64,000 bases of DNA from Candidatus Aphodosoma sp. (GTDB lineage: Bacteria; Bacteroidota; Bacteroidia; Bacteroidales; Paludibacteraceae). The notes under the pieces were generated by a model. That model had not been told where the DNA came from, ran no database searches, and saw only the letters and a list, made by a program, of their open reading frames with translations. The stretch is taken from contig JAZQUV010000046.1 in NCBI GenBank assembly GCA_045631465.1, positions 2,675 to 66,674 of the forward strand. Reading direction: 5' to 3'. A program made the position numbers and the translations under genes. Numbering within the stretch: position 1 is the stretch's first letter; each line of letters opens with the position of its first letter. Positions 35,701 through 44,520 of this stretch are shown here, piece by piece.

Positions 35701-38307
35701 TTGGATATAAGTCAAAATAACTGGTTTTACAAGTTCGTAAGTGATACCAGAAGCAGGAGCGCCAGCAGCAACCAAATCAGCAATAGATTCGAATTTAACA
35801 TTAGAAGAAACGAAACCATTACGATCTGGGATAATCAATTGTACTTTATCACCTGAGTTTTTAACATCGGCATAAGCTTTGAGACCTACGCGTTCAGTAA
35901 GATACGCAGCAGGAACAGTGAAGCCTGGAGTAACAAGAAGGATTGAATCGCCTTTATCGCTGAAGAAATAGTAGTCAGAACCAACAGCTTTAATTTGACC
36001 AACTGCAATAGTCAAATATTTTGTATCATAAGAACCTGCACTACGTTTGCTTGAACCAACAAGGTAAGCAAGGTCATAAAGAGAAGAGATAGCAGGAATG
36101 TTAGCTGTATGACCAGAAGAGATAATTTCGATATTACCAGCTTCTACATCAAGGTGGTTACCTGCAATGATTGCATCAGAAGCTTGGTCATAACCAAATA
36201 CGGTCAAAATACCTTTCACGCCTTTAATGCTATCACCTGCCGCATATGCTTTACCATTTTTGTCTGTAGCTGTTGTGCGGATAGCTGAATAGTATGTAGA
36301 ATAACCTGATTTTTGAGAAACGAAGAGAGTTGTATTTTCACCTTCAGTATAAACGTAAGAGATAAGCATAGGCTCTGCAAGAGCAGCAGCTTTTGTAGCA
36401 GTGTTACCTGCACCTACAGCAGTTTTGTATTCGTTGATATTTGAATAACCTGTAGCTTCGGCAGTGAGAACCCAGAAGAAAGTGTTAATACCAGAAGAAG
36501 AACCTACTTCGATGAAATAACCAGTTACTGTACCCATACCTGGAATAGTAACACCATAAGGAGCATTAAGGAATACTTTTTCGCCGTTATAAGTTACACA
36601 TTTATAAGAAGAGTAACCCACTTTTTCAGTTGTAGCAACGAAATCGGCAATAGTAACAGTTTCGTAAGTAAATTCAACAACTACGAATACTTCACGAGAC
36701 ATTTGGATTTCATTCCAGTTATCGTCATATTCATAATATGTTTCAGATGCTTTATAACCTTTGAGAGTTGTAGCAAGTTTAGGAAGTTTGTTTTCGCCAT
36801 CGTAAGAGATACGCATTTTTTCTTCACCAATCATTACATATTTCACTTCGGCATAGTCGTCAGCGCTATATTCAGTAATGATATTTGCATTAGTGAGAGT
36901 TGTGTATTCGATTTCAGCTTCAACTGCGACGAACACCTTACCACGAGCTTCGCCATAAGGATGAGGACCATAATAACCAACAAGAGCAGCTTCGCCAGGA
37001 AGAGCACCACCCTCGTAGTAAACAGGAAGAGTTGATTCACCTGCAGCTACATAATAATTGCCACTTTCATCAGTATTGATTGTTGTTTTTGCAATTTTCA
37101 CTGCTTTATATTTATAACCTTCGTAATCGGCTACAAGAGCAGCAGGAGTTACAGTTTGATAAGTAACTGTTGATTCAGCACCAAGAGTATAAGTTAATTT
37201 TTCTGTATCAGGAGAATAAAGAACGCCAGGATAATTTTCTTCTTGAACATAGTAACCATAATCGATAGTTTGATTAAAGTTCCAATATGCATTAAGAGAT
37301 GTAAGTTTCATACCTGGTTTTACTGCAGTTTCCTCTCTCCAAGCATAACTTTGTGCTTTCATTGCACCAGTTGCATCTTCGATGATGATACCATCATTAA
37401 GAGCAAAAGTGATAACAGCATCAGAAGAAGTAAATTCTACAGGAATATTTTCGCCAGTGAGAGCTTTAACTTGAGCTACGGTTGTGCATTGAGCAGTTGC
37501 AACAGGAGCAGCAGCTACAGTATAGTTCAAAGTGATAGCTTTATTAACGCCATCAGCAAAAGTAACAACACCAGCAGGGATTTCGAGAATATATTGACCT
37601 GCAATATTAACAGAAGTCAAACCTCCCATATATGCTGGATCGATATAAAGACGAAGACCATTAGATGAAAGAGAGTCTGCTTTGAACATCATATAACCTG
37701 CAGGCATAGTCATGTCATAGTCAGGCATATAAGTAGAAAGCACAGGAATGTTTGTACCTTTTGCCAAATCTGGTTCAGCAACTGTGATAGTTTGATAATC
37801 AGTAAAGTTAATAACAATTTCTTTGATTTCAGATACAGTTGCGTTGTTGGCTGGATTAGCAGTGAATGCAGCATCTACGCCAGGAGCAACAGGTGCGCCA
37901 CCAGCAATAGTGAAATTCAACACATAATCAACAGTGCTGAGATCTGTACCATTAAATTTAACAGTACCAGCTGCAAGAACAATACGATAGTTGCCTGCAG
38001 TGATTTTGTCTCCATAACAACCACCATCTACAGTAAGAGTAATTTGTGAGCCAGAAGCAGTACGATCAAGCATACCAGCAGTACAATAGTTTTCTACAGG
38101 AGCAGCGTTTCCATCTTCTGCTACTTTGTAGAAGCAGATTGGATACATCGATGTTGTAGTAGCTTTTTCTACCCCCGTAAAAGTGATAGTAGCCTCTGTG
38201 AAAGACTCAAGAGTAGCACCCTCGGTGATACTCCATGTTGCCGTAATTTGGGCAAACATTGTCACTGATAAGAACAATGACATAAAAAAAAGAGTAATCT
38301 TTTTCAT
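32731..38307 (-). CDS. giant secreted surface protein (1858 aa), probable T9SS cargo, unknown function
   Basis: Signal peptide MKKITLFFMSLFLSVTMFAQ, acidic T/V/Y/G-rich sequence with repeated modules, and a C-terminal ~70 aa resembling a T9SS sorting domain. Uninterrupted 5.6-kb ORF. Confidence 0.85.
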   Translation of the reverse strand: MKKITLFFMSLFLSVTMFAQITATWSITEGATLESFTEATITFTGVEKATTTSMYPICFYKVAEDGNAAPVENYCTAGMLDRTASGSQITLTVDGGCYGDKITAGNYRIVLAAGTVKFNGTDLSTVDYVLNFTIAGGAPVAPGVDAAFTANPANNATVSEIKEIVINFTDYQTITVAEPDLAKGTNIPVLSTYMPDYDMTMPAGYMMFKADSLSSNGLRLYIDPAYMGGLTSVNIAGQYILEIPAGVVTFADGVNKAITLNYTVAAAPVATAQCTTVAQVKALTGENIPVEFTSSDAVITFALNDGIIIEDATGAMKAQSYAWREETAVKPGMKLTSLNAYWNFNQTIDYGYYVQEENYPGVLYSPDTEKLTYTLGAESTVTYQTVTPAALVADYEGYKYKAVKIAKTTINTDESGNYYVAAGESTLPVYYEGGALPGEAALVGYYGPHPYGEARGKVFVAVEAEIEYTTLTNANIITEYSADDYAEVKYVMIGEEKMRISYDGENKLPKLATTLKGYKASETYYEYDDNWNEIQMSREVFVVVEFTYETVTIADFVATTEKVGYSSYKCVTYNGEKVFLNAPYGVTIPGMGTVTGYFIEVGSSSGINTFFWVLTAEATGYSNINEYKTAVGAGNTATKAAALAEPMLISYVYTEGENTTLFVSQKSGYSTYYSAIRTTATDKNGKAYAAGDSIKGVKGILTVFGYDQASDAIIAGNHLDVEAGNIEIISSGHTANIPAISSLYDLAYLVGSSKRSAGSYDTKYLTIAVGQIKAVGSDYYFFSDKGDSILLVTPGFTVPAAYLTERVGLKAYADVKNSGDKVQLIIPDRNGFVSSNVKFESIADLVAAGAPASGITYELVKPVILTYIQQAVQTDWNTMEDIPQNFLYVQDATGAMRVQLDTAATRVCSLAVGDSIVGLKGIYNQYTGFGITGTENTYTVKNSNNPLIPKVITIQEYLEAQTAGTYNGMLVRFEGVEFVERDTTVYSVTRKDRDFIQGDYKITYTRSNFEDNLGLFTFYPVNNITAIADKSWMTSQYGFMPISQEAIENAVSTEEGATIISIRNNTESKLVKFTGDATTTYLTERGIIIQDGTGAILLDGVDTLALDRKISNIEGTYYPSTADCMARIVPTSLEDKGRGRLSKETVTIDSLVNFAANFEGEIVDIAVAKTYRIAEGVYYMMTTDSVKIDVVGEVVPADAKLTGLIYHVNADQANAFTVTAYDLYHTGSSRVLMFHELKDYMARWGQETSEQYSISGFTSPVLVNRAFSSEGGTALNVQQTNADGTITGLTVWAMETSETFAAGDSIYFCKGGYYPYRDLTSTYGKEGYAEGRALQAYRYDYHIGDIDYPTNVDSIKMDDGTMTLPSIVEVQLGTLIKKINSGNALNYTEIDNIDGFFGPGSVEYQAKNYQVTGTVIVDTIVSEWDGQVDVSYQNYLKVGEKQIRLVGAVNFAMFANQEVTVKGNFDIGYAVEDLPSFSVVDAKDILIDNAVVKNIAEFLDLAHPTAEVTIAGEVTVTYKNGANIYVQDETGSLLIFDYDYKETELKNGDRLTGVKGTYELYGNIPEMVDAVLPEAVAGEAVAPRLVTIKEVKTSAQISEYVVLHNVEFTEALAFTSNNRNAKVMNPDSATIDVYNNFKLEATCDAKVKVSVIATVSDYKGTRQLNYISHEAYVAPAAPAAPVFTPDACEFANVISVALSCATENTEILYTIAYANNEEGGEEGSEDNNGDIAPFVLDGEVLYTAPFELSETATVTAYARLTNAFDYNGGYVESEVVTAIYTLNPEVGVENVELAALVYANNGMIYVETAEGNMVEVFTVQGQCIFAAEAAANVTAINALNSDVVLVRVNGNTVKVSVK

Positions 38308-38386
38308 AAAATTGAGTTTTTTGGTTAAAAAATAAAGTTAATTATATTGTATTTTTCTATCAATTTTACAATAGACAATAACGTGG

Positions 38387-38394
38387 CAAAGATA
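38387..38394 (-). promoter_or_regulatory. candidate -7 box (TATCTTTG)
   Basis: TAnnTTTG on the - strand about 80 nt upstream of the 1858-aa ORF start. Confidence 0.4.
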
Positions 38395-38563
38395 CAAAAA
38401 TTTTTTATATTAGACAAATGTTTTGTGTTTTTTTGTTTTTTGTAAAAGAAATTATACGGATTCACCTTGTAATATATATAGGTGTATACTACACTAAAAT
38501 TTATCTCAAACACTTTTGATAAAAATTATTCGAAAAATAATTGGCAATATAAATAATTATCAT

Positions 38564-38571
38564 TAACTTTG
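38564..38571 (+). promoter_or_regulatory. candidate -7 box (TAACTTTG)
   Basis: TAnnTTTG 113 nt upstream of the pepD ATG. Confidence 0.4.
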
Positions 38572-38684
38572 CCGAGAAAATGTGTACTGCATAAAGTATA
38601 GGGTTTAGATAAATATTATATCATAGCAAACTCTACCTAACAATGTTAATAACCAATAATTAATAACTAATAACTCTGAAAATT

Positions 38685-40139
38685 ATGGCAAATTGTATTT
38701 GTGAACTTCAACCAACTGCATTATGGAAAAATTTCTATAATCTTTGTCAAGTTCCACACCCATCGCATCATCTCGAAGCAATTACTAAGTTGATTGTTGA
38801 CTTTGGTAAAGGTCTTGGTCTTGAAACAATTGTAGATAAAGCTGGTAACGTGCTTATCCGCAAACCTGCTACTCCTGGTATGGAAAATGTGACTCCTGTG
38901 ATTCTTCAAGCTCACATGGACATGGTGCCACAAAAAAATAACGATAAGGTACATAACTTTGAAACTGACCCTATTGAAACTATCATAGATGGCGATTGGG
39001 TACGTGCTAACGGCACTACACTCGGCGCAGACAACTGTATTGGTGTGGCTGCAGGTATGGCTATTCTTGAGAGCAAAGAGATTCAACATGGACCTATTGA
39101 ACTTTTCATTACTGCAGATGAAGAGACTGGTATGTATGGTGCATTTGGTCTTGAACCTGGTTTGTTGCAAGGCAAGTTGTTGATGAACATGGACTCTGAA
39201 GACTTCGGCGAACTCTATGTGGGTTGTGCTGGTGGTATGGATGCTACTATGGAGTGGAAATATCAGGGTGTTGCTCTTCCTGTTGGCGATATCGCGTTGA
39301 AAGTGAATATCACAGGATTGAAAGGTGGTCACTCTGGTTTGGAAATCAACCTTGGTCGTGCTAATGCAAACAAACTCTTGTTCCGTTTCTTGAAAGAAGC
39401 AGTATCGCAATATGAAGCTCGTTTGGCAAAAGTAGAAGGTGGTAATATGCGCAATGCTATCCCACGCGAAGCATATGCTATCATCACAGTGCCTGCTGAG
39501 GCTCGCGAAGAAATTGAAAAACTCGTTGAAGAATATCGCGACTTGTTCAACGAAGAATATAAAGTAACAGAAAACCCTATCATCTTCACTTGCGAAGAGG
39601 TAGAGGCTCCTGAAATGCTCATCCCTGAAGAAATTCAAGATGACTTGATCAATGCTGTAACTGCTTGTCCTAATGGTGTATTCCGCATGATTCCTGCAAT
39701 TCCTGACACTGTAGAGACTTCGATGAACCTCTCTATCGTTGAGGCTAATGCAGAAGAAATCTCTATCAAATGCTTGCTCCGCTCATCGGTTGATAGCAAA
39801 AAATATGAGTTGGCAGAGATGGTGGAAAGTGTGTTTACATTGGCTGGTGCTAAAGTTGAGTTCTCTGGTTCTTACTCTGGTTGGAATCCTAACCTAGACT
39901 CAAAAATCCTCAAAGCAATGAGCGAAACATACGAACAACTTTACGGCGAAAAACCTGCTGTTAAAGTTATTCACGCGGGTTTGGAATGTGGTATCCTCGG
40001 CGCTATCGAACCAGGTCTTGATATGGTTTCTTATGGACCAACTATCCGCCACCCACACTCACCAGACGAAAAAGTGAATATCCCTAGTGTTGCTAAATTC
40101 TGGGATTTCACAGTGGCTACTCTTGCTAATATTAAATAA
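38685..40139 (+). CDS. pepD: aminoacyl-histidine dipeptidase (M20C)
   Basis: 484-aa ORF. LWKNFYNLCQVPHPSHH, LQAHMDMV and TADEETGM motifs typical of PepD. Confidence 0.93.
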   Translation: MANCICELQPTALWKNFYNLCQVPHPSHHLEAITKLIVDFGKGLGLETIVDKAGNVLIRKPATPGMENVTPVILQAHMDMVPQKNNDKVHNFETDPIETIIDGDWVRANGTTLGADNCIGVAAGMAILESKEIQHGPIELFITADEETGMYGAFGLEPGLLQGKLLMNMDSEDFGELYVGCAGGMDATMEWKYQGVALPVGDIALKVNITGLKGGHSGLEINLGRANANKLLFRFLKEAVSQYEARLAKVEGGNMRNAIPREAYAIITVPAEAREEIEKLVEEYRDLFNEEYKVTENPIIFTCEEVEAPEMLIPEEIQDDLINAVTACPNGVFRMIPAIPDTVETSMNLSIVEANAEEISIKCLLRSSVDSKKYELAEMVESVFTLAGAKVEFSGSYSGWNPNLDSKILKAMSETYEQLYGEKPAVKVIHAGLECGILGAIEPGLDMVSYGPTIRHPHSPDEKVNIPSVAKFWDFTVATLANIK

Positions 40140-40167
40140 TCTTTTTTTAAAAGACACAAGATATGAG

Positions 40168-40211
40168 ACACGAGACATAAGACATCACACTTGTCTTGTG
40201 TCTCGTGTTTC
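40168..40211 (+). terminator. hairpin terminator of pepD built from heptamer words
   Basis: ACACGAGACATAAGACA-(7 nt)-TGTCTTGTGTCTCGTGT (16 of 17 paired) followed by TTTCG. Confidence 0.5.
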
Positions 40212-40230
40212 GCATCTAAATATCTCTCTC

Positions 40231-41187
40231 ATGAAAAAATTAACTATCCTACTCGCAATAGCCTCTGTATTCATGGCATGCGAACCTAAAAATCCTATTG
40301 GTGGGGGTGAAACGCCAAACGATACAACCGAAAATGCCACAGGTGTTACTCTTTTACCAGAAGGTGCTCTTTGCGGTTCTATCTCGATTAGCGAAAACAA
40401 ACGAATAGTTTTCTCGCAAGGCAATCTGCAATATCAAGCATCGACTGATAGTTGGAGGTTTGCCGAAGAGCAATATACTCTCATAGGAAAAGATAATGAA
40501 AAGATATCTGCTACATACGATGGTTGGATTGACCTATTCGGTTGGGGTACGTCGGGCCATAATGAGAAATTCCCTTATCTTTGGGATGCTGCACATACAT
40601 TTTTTGGAGATGGCATGAATACGATTAGTGGGACAGAGTATGATTGGGGCAATAATGCTATCAGTAATGGAGAAAATAAGGTGGGCATTTGGCGCACATT
40701 GACAGCAGAGGAATGGGGTTATCTATTATTTGACCGTCCGAACGCAACCAAACTTGTGGGGACAGGCACAGTGAATGGTCAGAACGGACTATTTATATTG
40801 CCTGATGATGAAACAGATGGAGTATTTAGAGATTACACCGGAAAAGAAGTTTATTTCGTATCATTTGCTGACAAAGGAGCTCAAAATGATGGCGACTATT
40901 GGTACTACGGCATATCGGGAGCATTTACGCACAATGCGTATAGCATTGAGGAATTTAAGATATTAGAGAGTAAAGGTGTTGTGTTTCTACCCTCTTCGGC
41001 TTTCCGTGCTGCAGATGTGTTTATGACAGGTATGGGCTCGACTATGGTTGAGGGATATTATTGGACTGGCACTCCTCATGATGAAGAGAAGGCCTATATT
41101 GTGTATATATTTGGCAATGGATTACGCTCTCGTACAGAGAATTTCCGTTCGAATGGATTCTCGGTAAGATTGGTTTATGAGATTTAA
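40231..41187 (+). CDS. lipoprotein with a C-terminal GFSVR-type domain (FISUMP/DUF1566-like)
   Basis: The ORF-track start at 40087 is a GTG overlapping pepD and its terminator. The ATG at 40231 gives MKKLTILLAIASVFMAC (lipobox). WRTLTAEEWGYLL, YYWTGTP and NGFSVRLV motifs. Confidence 0.65.
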   Translation: MKKLTILLAIASVFMACEPKNPIGGGETPNDTTENATGVTLLPEGALCGSISISENKRIVFSQGNLQYQASTDSWRFAEEQYTLIGKDNEKISATYDGWIDLFGWGTSGHNEKFPYLWDAAHTFFGDGMNTISGTEYDWGNNAISNGENKVGIWRTLTAEEWGYLLFDRPNATKLVGTGTVNGQNGLFILPDDETDGVFRDYTGKEVYFVSFADKGAQNDGDYWYYGISGAFTHNAYSIEEFKILESKGVVFLPSSAFRAADVFMTGMGSTMVEGYYWTGTPHDEEKAYIVYIFGNGLRSRTENFRSNGFSVRLVYEI

Positions 41188-41224
41188 TCGTTGTGGTTAC
41201 TAGAAAATAAATAACATAATTATT

Positions 41225-41581
41225 ATGCAAACATCTGAAATATTGGTTGAAGGAATGGAGTTTTTTGCCTATCATGGATTTTATCATGAGGAGGAGTTGA
41301 TTGGGTGTAAATATACTGTAGATTTGCGTCTTACGCTCCCTCTTGAGAGACCTGGCGAAAGTGATGACCTTGCGCATACGGTGAATTATGAAGGGGTTTA
41401 TGCTATTGTGCGCAAAGAGATGGAGATAAATTCTAAATTGATAGAGCATGTGGCTCAGCGTATTATGTCGGCTCTTTGGGAACGATATCCTCAATTGGAG
41501 CATATTGATTTGAGGTTGTATAAATATAATCCGCCTCTTGGAGGACAGGTGGGGCGCGTGGGGATACATCTTTATGAATGA
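41225..41581 (+). CDS. folB: dihydroneopterin aldolase
   Basis: 118-aa ORF. FFAYHGFYHEEELIG and VNYEGVY motifs typical of FolB. Confidence 0.88.
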   Translation: MQTSEILVEGMEFFAYHGFYHEEELIGCKYTVDLRLTLPLERPGESDDLAHTVNYEGVYAIVRKEMEINSKLIEHVAQRIMSALWERYPQLEHIDLRLYKYNPPLGGQVGRVGIHLYE

Positions 41582-41601
41582 GGAATGTAATTTGATTTTT
41601 T

Positions 41602-42216
41602 ATGGATTTGGAGTTTTATATTGAGAATTGTATTATTCCGCAGTATGCATTGTTTGATGAGGCGCATAATGTGGAACATGTGAGTCGTGTGATTGAGGTG
41701 AGTTTGTTATTGGCAGAGGAGTATGGTGTGAATCCGATAATGTGCTATACGATTGCGGCGTATCATGATATAGGATTGCCTCTGGGACGAGAGGAACATC
41801 ACTTGACATCGGCGCAGATATTGCGTGAAGATAAAGCTTTGAGGAATTGGTGTAGCGAGGAGACTATACGCATTATGGCTGAGGCGATTGAAGATCATCG
41901 TGCGTCGGCAGAGAATCCTCCTCGCTCGATATATGGCGCAATTGTGGCTGAAGCAGATAGAGATTTAAGGCCTGAGGTGCCTCTTCGTCGTGCTATACAA
42001 TATGGCCTAAATAAATATCCGAATGAATCGTATGAGTTTCATAGAGAGCGAGCTTTTGATCATTTGGTGCGCAAATATGGTCCTGAAGGATATTTGAAAT
42101 TGCCTTTGAATAGCCGCATAAATGTGGAGGGGTTGGAACAATTGCGAAAAATATTGGTTTCGAGAGAGGTATTTGAAGAGAAATTTAGAGAGATATGGGG
42201 GAAATTGAAGGGGTGA
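41602..42216 (+). CDS. HD domain phosphohydrolase
   Basis: 204-aa ORF with H...HD signature (NVEHVSRV, AAYHDIGL) and a downstream EDH/EADR. Confidence 0.78.
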   Translation: MDLEFYIENCIIPQYALFDEAHNVEHVSRVIEVSLLLAEEYGVNPIMCYTIAAYHDIGLPLGREEHHLTSAQILREDKALRNWCSEETIRIMAEAIEDHRASAENPPRSIYGAIVAEADRDLRPEVPLRRAIQYGLNKYPNESYEFHRERAFDHLVRKYGPEGYLKLPLNSRINVEGLEQLRKILVSREVFEEKFREIWGKLKG

Positions 42217-42239
42217 TATATATTGTGATTTTCATGGGC

Positions 42240-42362
42240 AATACACACTGAGAGTGTGTATTTTTAAGGTTGCTTGCACCTTGCTTGCAGGTTGCTGTAT
42301 AGTATATTTAAATTTTGGAATTTTGAAATCCGAATACACACTGAGAGTGTGTATTCGGATTT
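42240..42362 (+). repeat. composite hairpin-spacer-hairpin element, copy B. The first hairpin plus T-run acts as terminator of the HD gene
   Basis: AATACACACT-GAG-AGTGTGTATT plus TTT (42240-42265), then a GGTTGCTTGC...GCTGTATAGTATATTTAAATTTTGGAATTTT spacer, then the 17-bp-stem hairpin AAATCCGAATACACACT-GAG-AGTGTGTATTCGGATTT (42326-42362). Confidence 0.85.
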
Positions 42363-42444
42363 TAGTATATTTTGGGTATAAATGATAAAAAAAACTGAGC
42401 CCAAATGTAGATTTTGACTCAGTCGATATGAATTATAAATTGGA

Positions 42445-43560
42445 CTAACTTCCACCTAAAACTTTTCCGCCTTTCACACTTTTGTTTTCGGCTATTTCGG
42501 CTAGATGAAGTTGCCACTTCCAAATGGATTTAACGGTATCTTCAAGCGATGTTTCGGCTTTCCATTTGAGCATTTTATTGGCATATGTTGGATCGGCCCA
42601 AACTTGCTCAATATCTCCTGCACGACGACCGATTATTTCATGTGGGACTTTCACATCGTTGACAGTTTCGAATGCGTTAAGTATTTCGAGGACAGAGAGA
42701 CCTCGCCCTGTTCCGACATTATATGTTTCGACTTTTTCTACTTTGCCTTCGAAGATACGGTGCATTGCTGCTATGTGTGCTTTGGCTAGATCGACGACAT
42801 TGATATAGTCGCGAATGCAAGAACCATCGGGTGTGTTATAGTCATTGCCAAAGATGCTGAGTTTTTTGCGAATACCGGCTGCAGTTTGTGCGATAAATGG
42901 CAATAAATTATTAGGTGTTCCGTTTGGCAATTCGCCTATCAATGCAGATGGATGCGCTCCTATTGGATTGAAATAACGCAAGACTATACTTTTTATCGAT
43001 GGATTTGATGTTGTTGTATCATTGATTATGTCTTCGCAAATTTGTTTTGTATTGCCATAAGGAGAAAGTGCTTTTTGTAGTGGTGCAGATTCTGTTACAG
43101 GCAAGACCTCGGGCTGACCATAGACTGTGCATGATGATGAGAAAACAATGCCTTCGATCTTGTGTATAGGCATAAGTTCGAGTATGTTGATTAACGAAAC
43201 GACATTGTTGCGATAATACATCAATGGTTTTTCGACTGATTCGCCTACAGCTTTGGATGCGGCAAAGTGGATTACGGCACGAATTCCTTCGTTCTTTGAA
43301 AGGAATTTATCCATTGCTACATAGTCGGTACAATCAATATTCTCAAAAATAGGTTTTACTCCTGTGATTTTTTCAATGCCTTTGAGTACGTCAATATTTG
43401 AATTTGATAGATTGTCTACAATACAAATTTCGTAACCAGCCTCGATTAACTCAACCACTGTGTGAGATCCGATATAACCTAAGCCACCTGTAACAAGAAT
43501 TTTATCTTTGCTAGTAGTTGAAGATTTGAACAACTTTTTAATCTTTTTAGTTACCCCCAT
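42445..43560 (-). CDS. galE: UDP-glucose 4-epimerase
   Basis: 371-aa ORF. ILVTGGLGYIGSHT Rossmann motif and a YGNTK (YxxxK) context. GalE-like throughout, with short N- and C-terminal extensions. Confidence 0.9.
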   Translation of the reverse strand: MGVTKKIKKLFKSSTTSKDKILVTGGLGYIGSHTVVELIEAGYEICIVDNLSNSNIDVLKGIEKITGVKPIFENIDCTDYVAMDKFLSKNEGIRAVIHFAASKAVGESVEKPLMYYRNNVVSLINILELMPIHKIEGIVFSSSCTVYGQPEVLPVTESAPLQKALSPYGNTKQICEDIINDTTTSNPSIKSIVLRYFNPIGAHPSALIGELPNGTPNNLLPFIAQTAAGIRKKLSIFGNDYNTPDGSCIRDYINVVDLAKAHIAAMHRIFEGKVEKVETYNVGTGRGLSVLEILNAFETVNDVKVPHEIIGRRAGDIEQVWADPTYANKMLKWKAETSLEDTVKSIWKWQLHLAEIAENKSVKGGKVLGGS

Positions 43561-43604
43561 AATATTTTAAAACTTTATTCTTTTTCTGATTTCGAATTTG
43601 GTTG

Positions 43605-43612
43605 CAAATATA
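43605..43612 (-). promoter_or_regulatory. candidate -7 box (TATATTTG)
   Basis: TAnnTTTG on the - strand 45 nt upstream of the galE start. Confidence 0.4.
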
Positions 43613-43694
43613 CTAAAAAAAAATTACATGAACAAAGAATAAAGTTTTTTTTATTTTTAACCTAAATCATGACAGATATACAAAAAAAATATTG

Positions 43695-43702
43695 TACCTT
43701 TG
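43695..43702 (+). promoter_or_regulatory. candidate -7 box (TACCTTTG)
   Basis: TAnnTTTG 72 nt upstream of the asnC-like ATG. Confidence 0.45.
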
Positions 43703-43774
43703 CGGAAAATACGAGAACATTATTGTTGCTAGAAAAAATGCTTAACCTTATTAAATCATTCCACACATTTTTAT

Positions 43775-44275
43775 ATGAAACACGAAATTGACAATCTTGA
43801 CAAAAAAATCCTAAAACTTATCTCCCAAAATGCACGTATTCCGTTTTTGGAAGTTGCTCGCGAGTGCAATGTTTCTGGTGCCGCTATCCACCAACGCGTA
43901 CAAAAACTCAGTAATATTGGAGTTGTAAGGGGGTCGGAATTTATCATTAACACCTACAAAGTGGGATTCCAAACATGCGCCTATATCGGCATATGTGTCA
44001 AAGACTTAAGCAAATTAGAGGGTATAGTTAATTCGCTTAAGGATATACCCGAAATAGTAGAATGTCACTATACAACGGGTAAATATGCTATTTTTGTGAA
44101 AGTATATGCTCGCGATAATCGTCATTTGCTCGATATTACGCTCAATAAAATAAGTTCTATTTCAGGCATTGTGAGTGCAGAAACATTCTTGATGTCGCTT
44201 GATGAGGTGTTTCATCGTCAATTAGCGGCTTTTGATATAACGGAAGATGATGATAATCACGATTCAAATGAATAA
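43775..44275 (+). CDS. Lrp/AsnC family transcriptional regulator
   Basis: 166-aa ORF. LDKKILKLISQNARIPFLEVARECNVSGAAIHQRVQKL HTH plus a RAM-like C-domain. Confidence 0.9.
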   Translation: MKHEIDNLDKKILKLISQNARIPFLEVARECNVSGAAIHQRVQKLSNIGVVRGSEFIINTYKVGFQTCAYIGICVKDLSKLEGIVNSLKDIPEIVECHYTTGKYAIFVKVYARDNRHLLDITLNKISSISGIVSAETFLMSLDEVFHRQLAAFDITEDDDNHDSNE

Positions 44276-44520
44276 GGACGATGTGTAATAACGCCCAAAT
44301 TGCTGCGTTGTTCTCAATATTAAGCCTCAGTCATGTACTTTAGTACACTCCTTTCGGCTTAAATTTCAACGCCTTGCACTTTAGGCATTCTTTAGATTCT
44401 TGCTTCGCTCATCAAAATAAGTAAAACTTCTTTTGCTTTCGCTTATCGCAAGAATTCTAACACATCTAAAAGAGGCTGAGCCAAAATTTTAATTTTGACA
44501 CAGCCTCTTTTTATTTATTC
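44274..44520. repeat. ~240-bp multi-helix element, copy 2, including terminal hairpin 44470-44508
   Basis: Same orientation as copy 1. It begins on the asnC-like stop codon, and the hairpin ends 3 nt from the stop codon of the 2084-aa gene. Confidence 0.85.
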
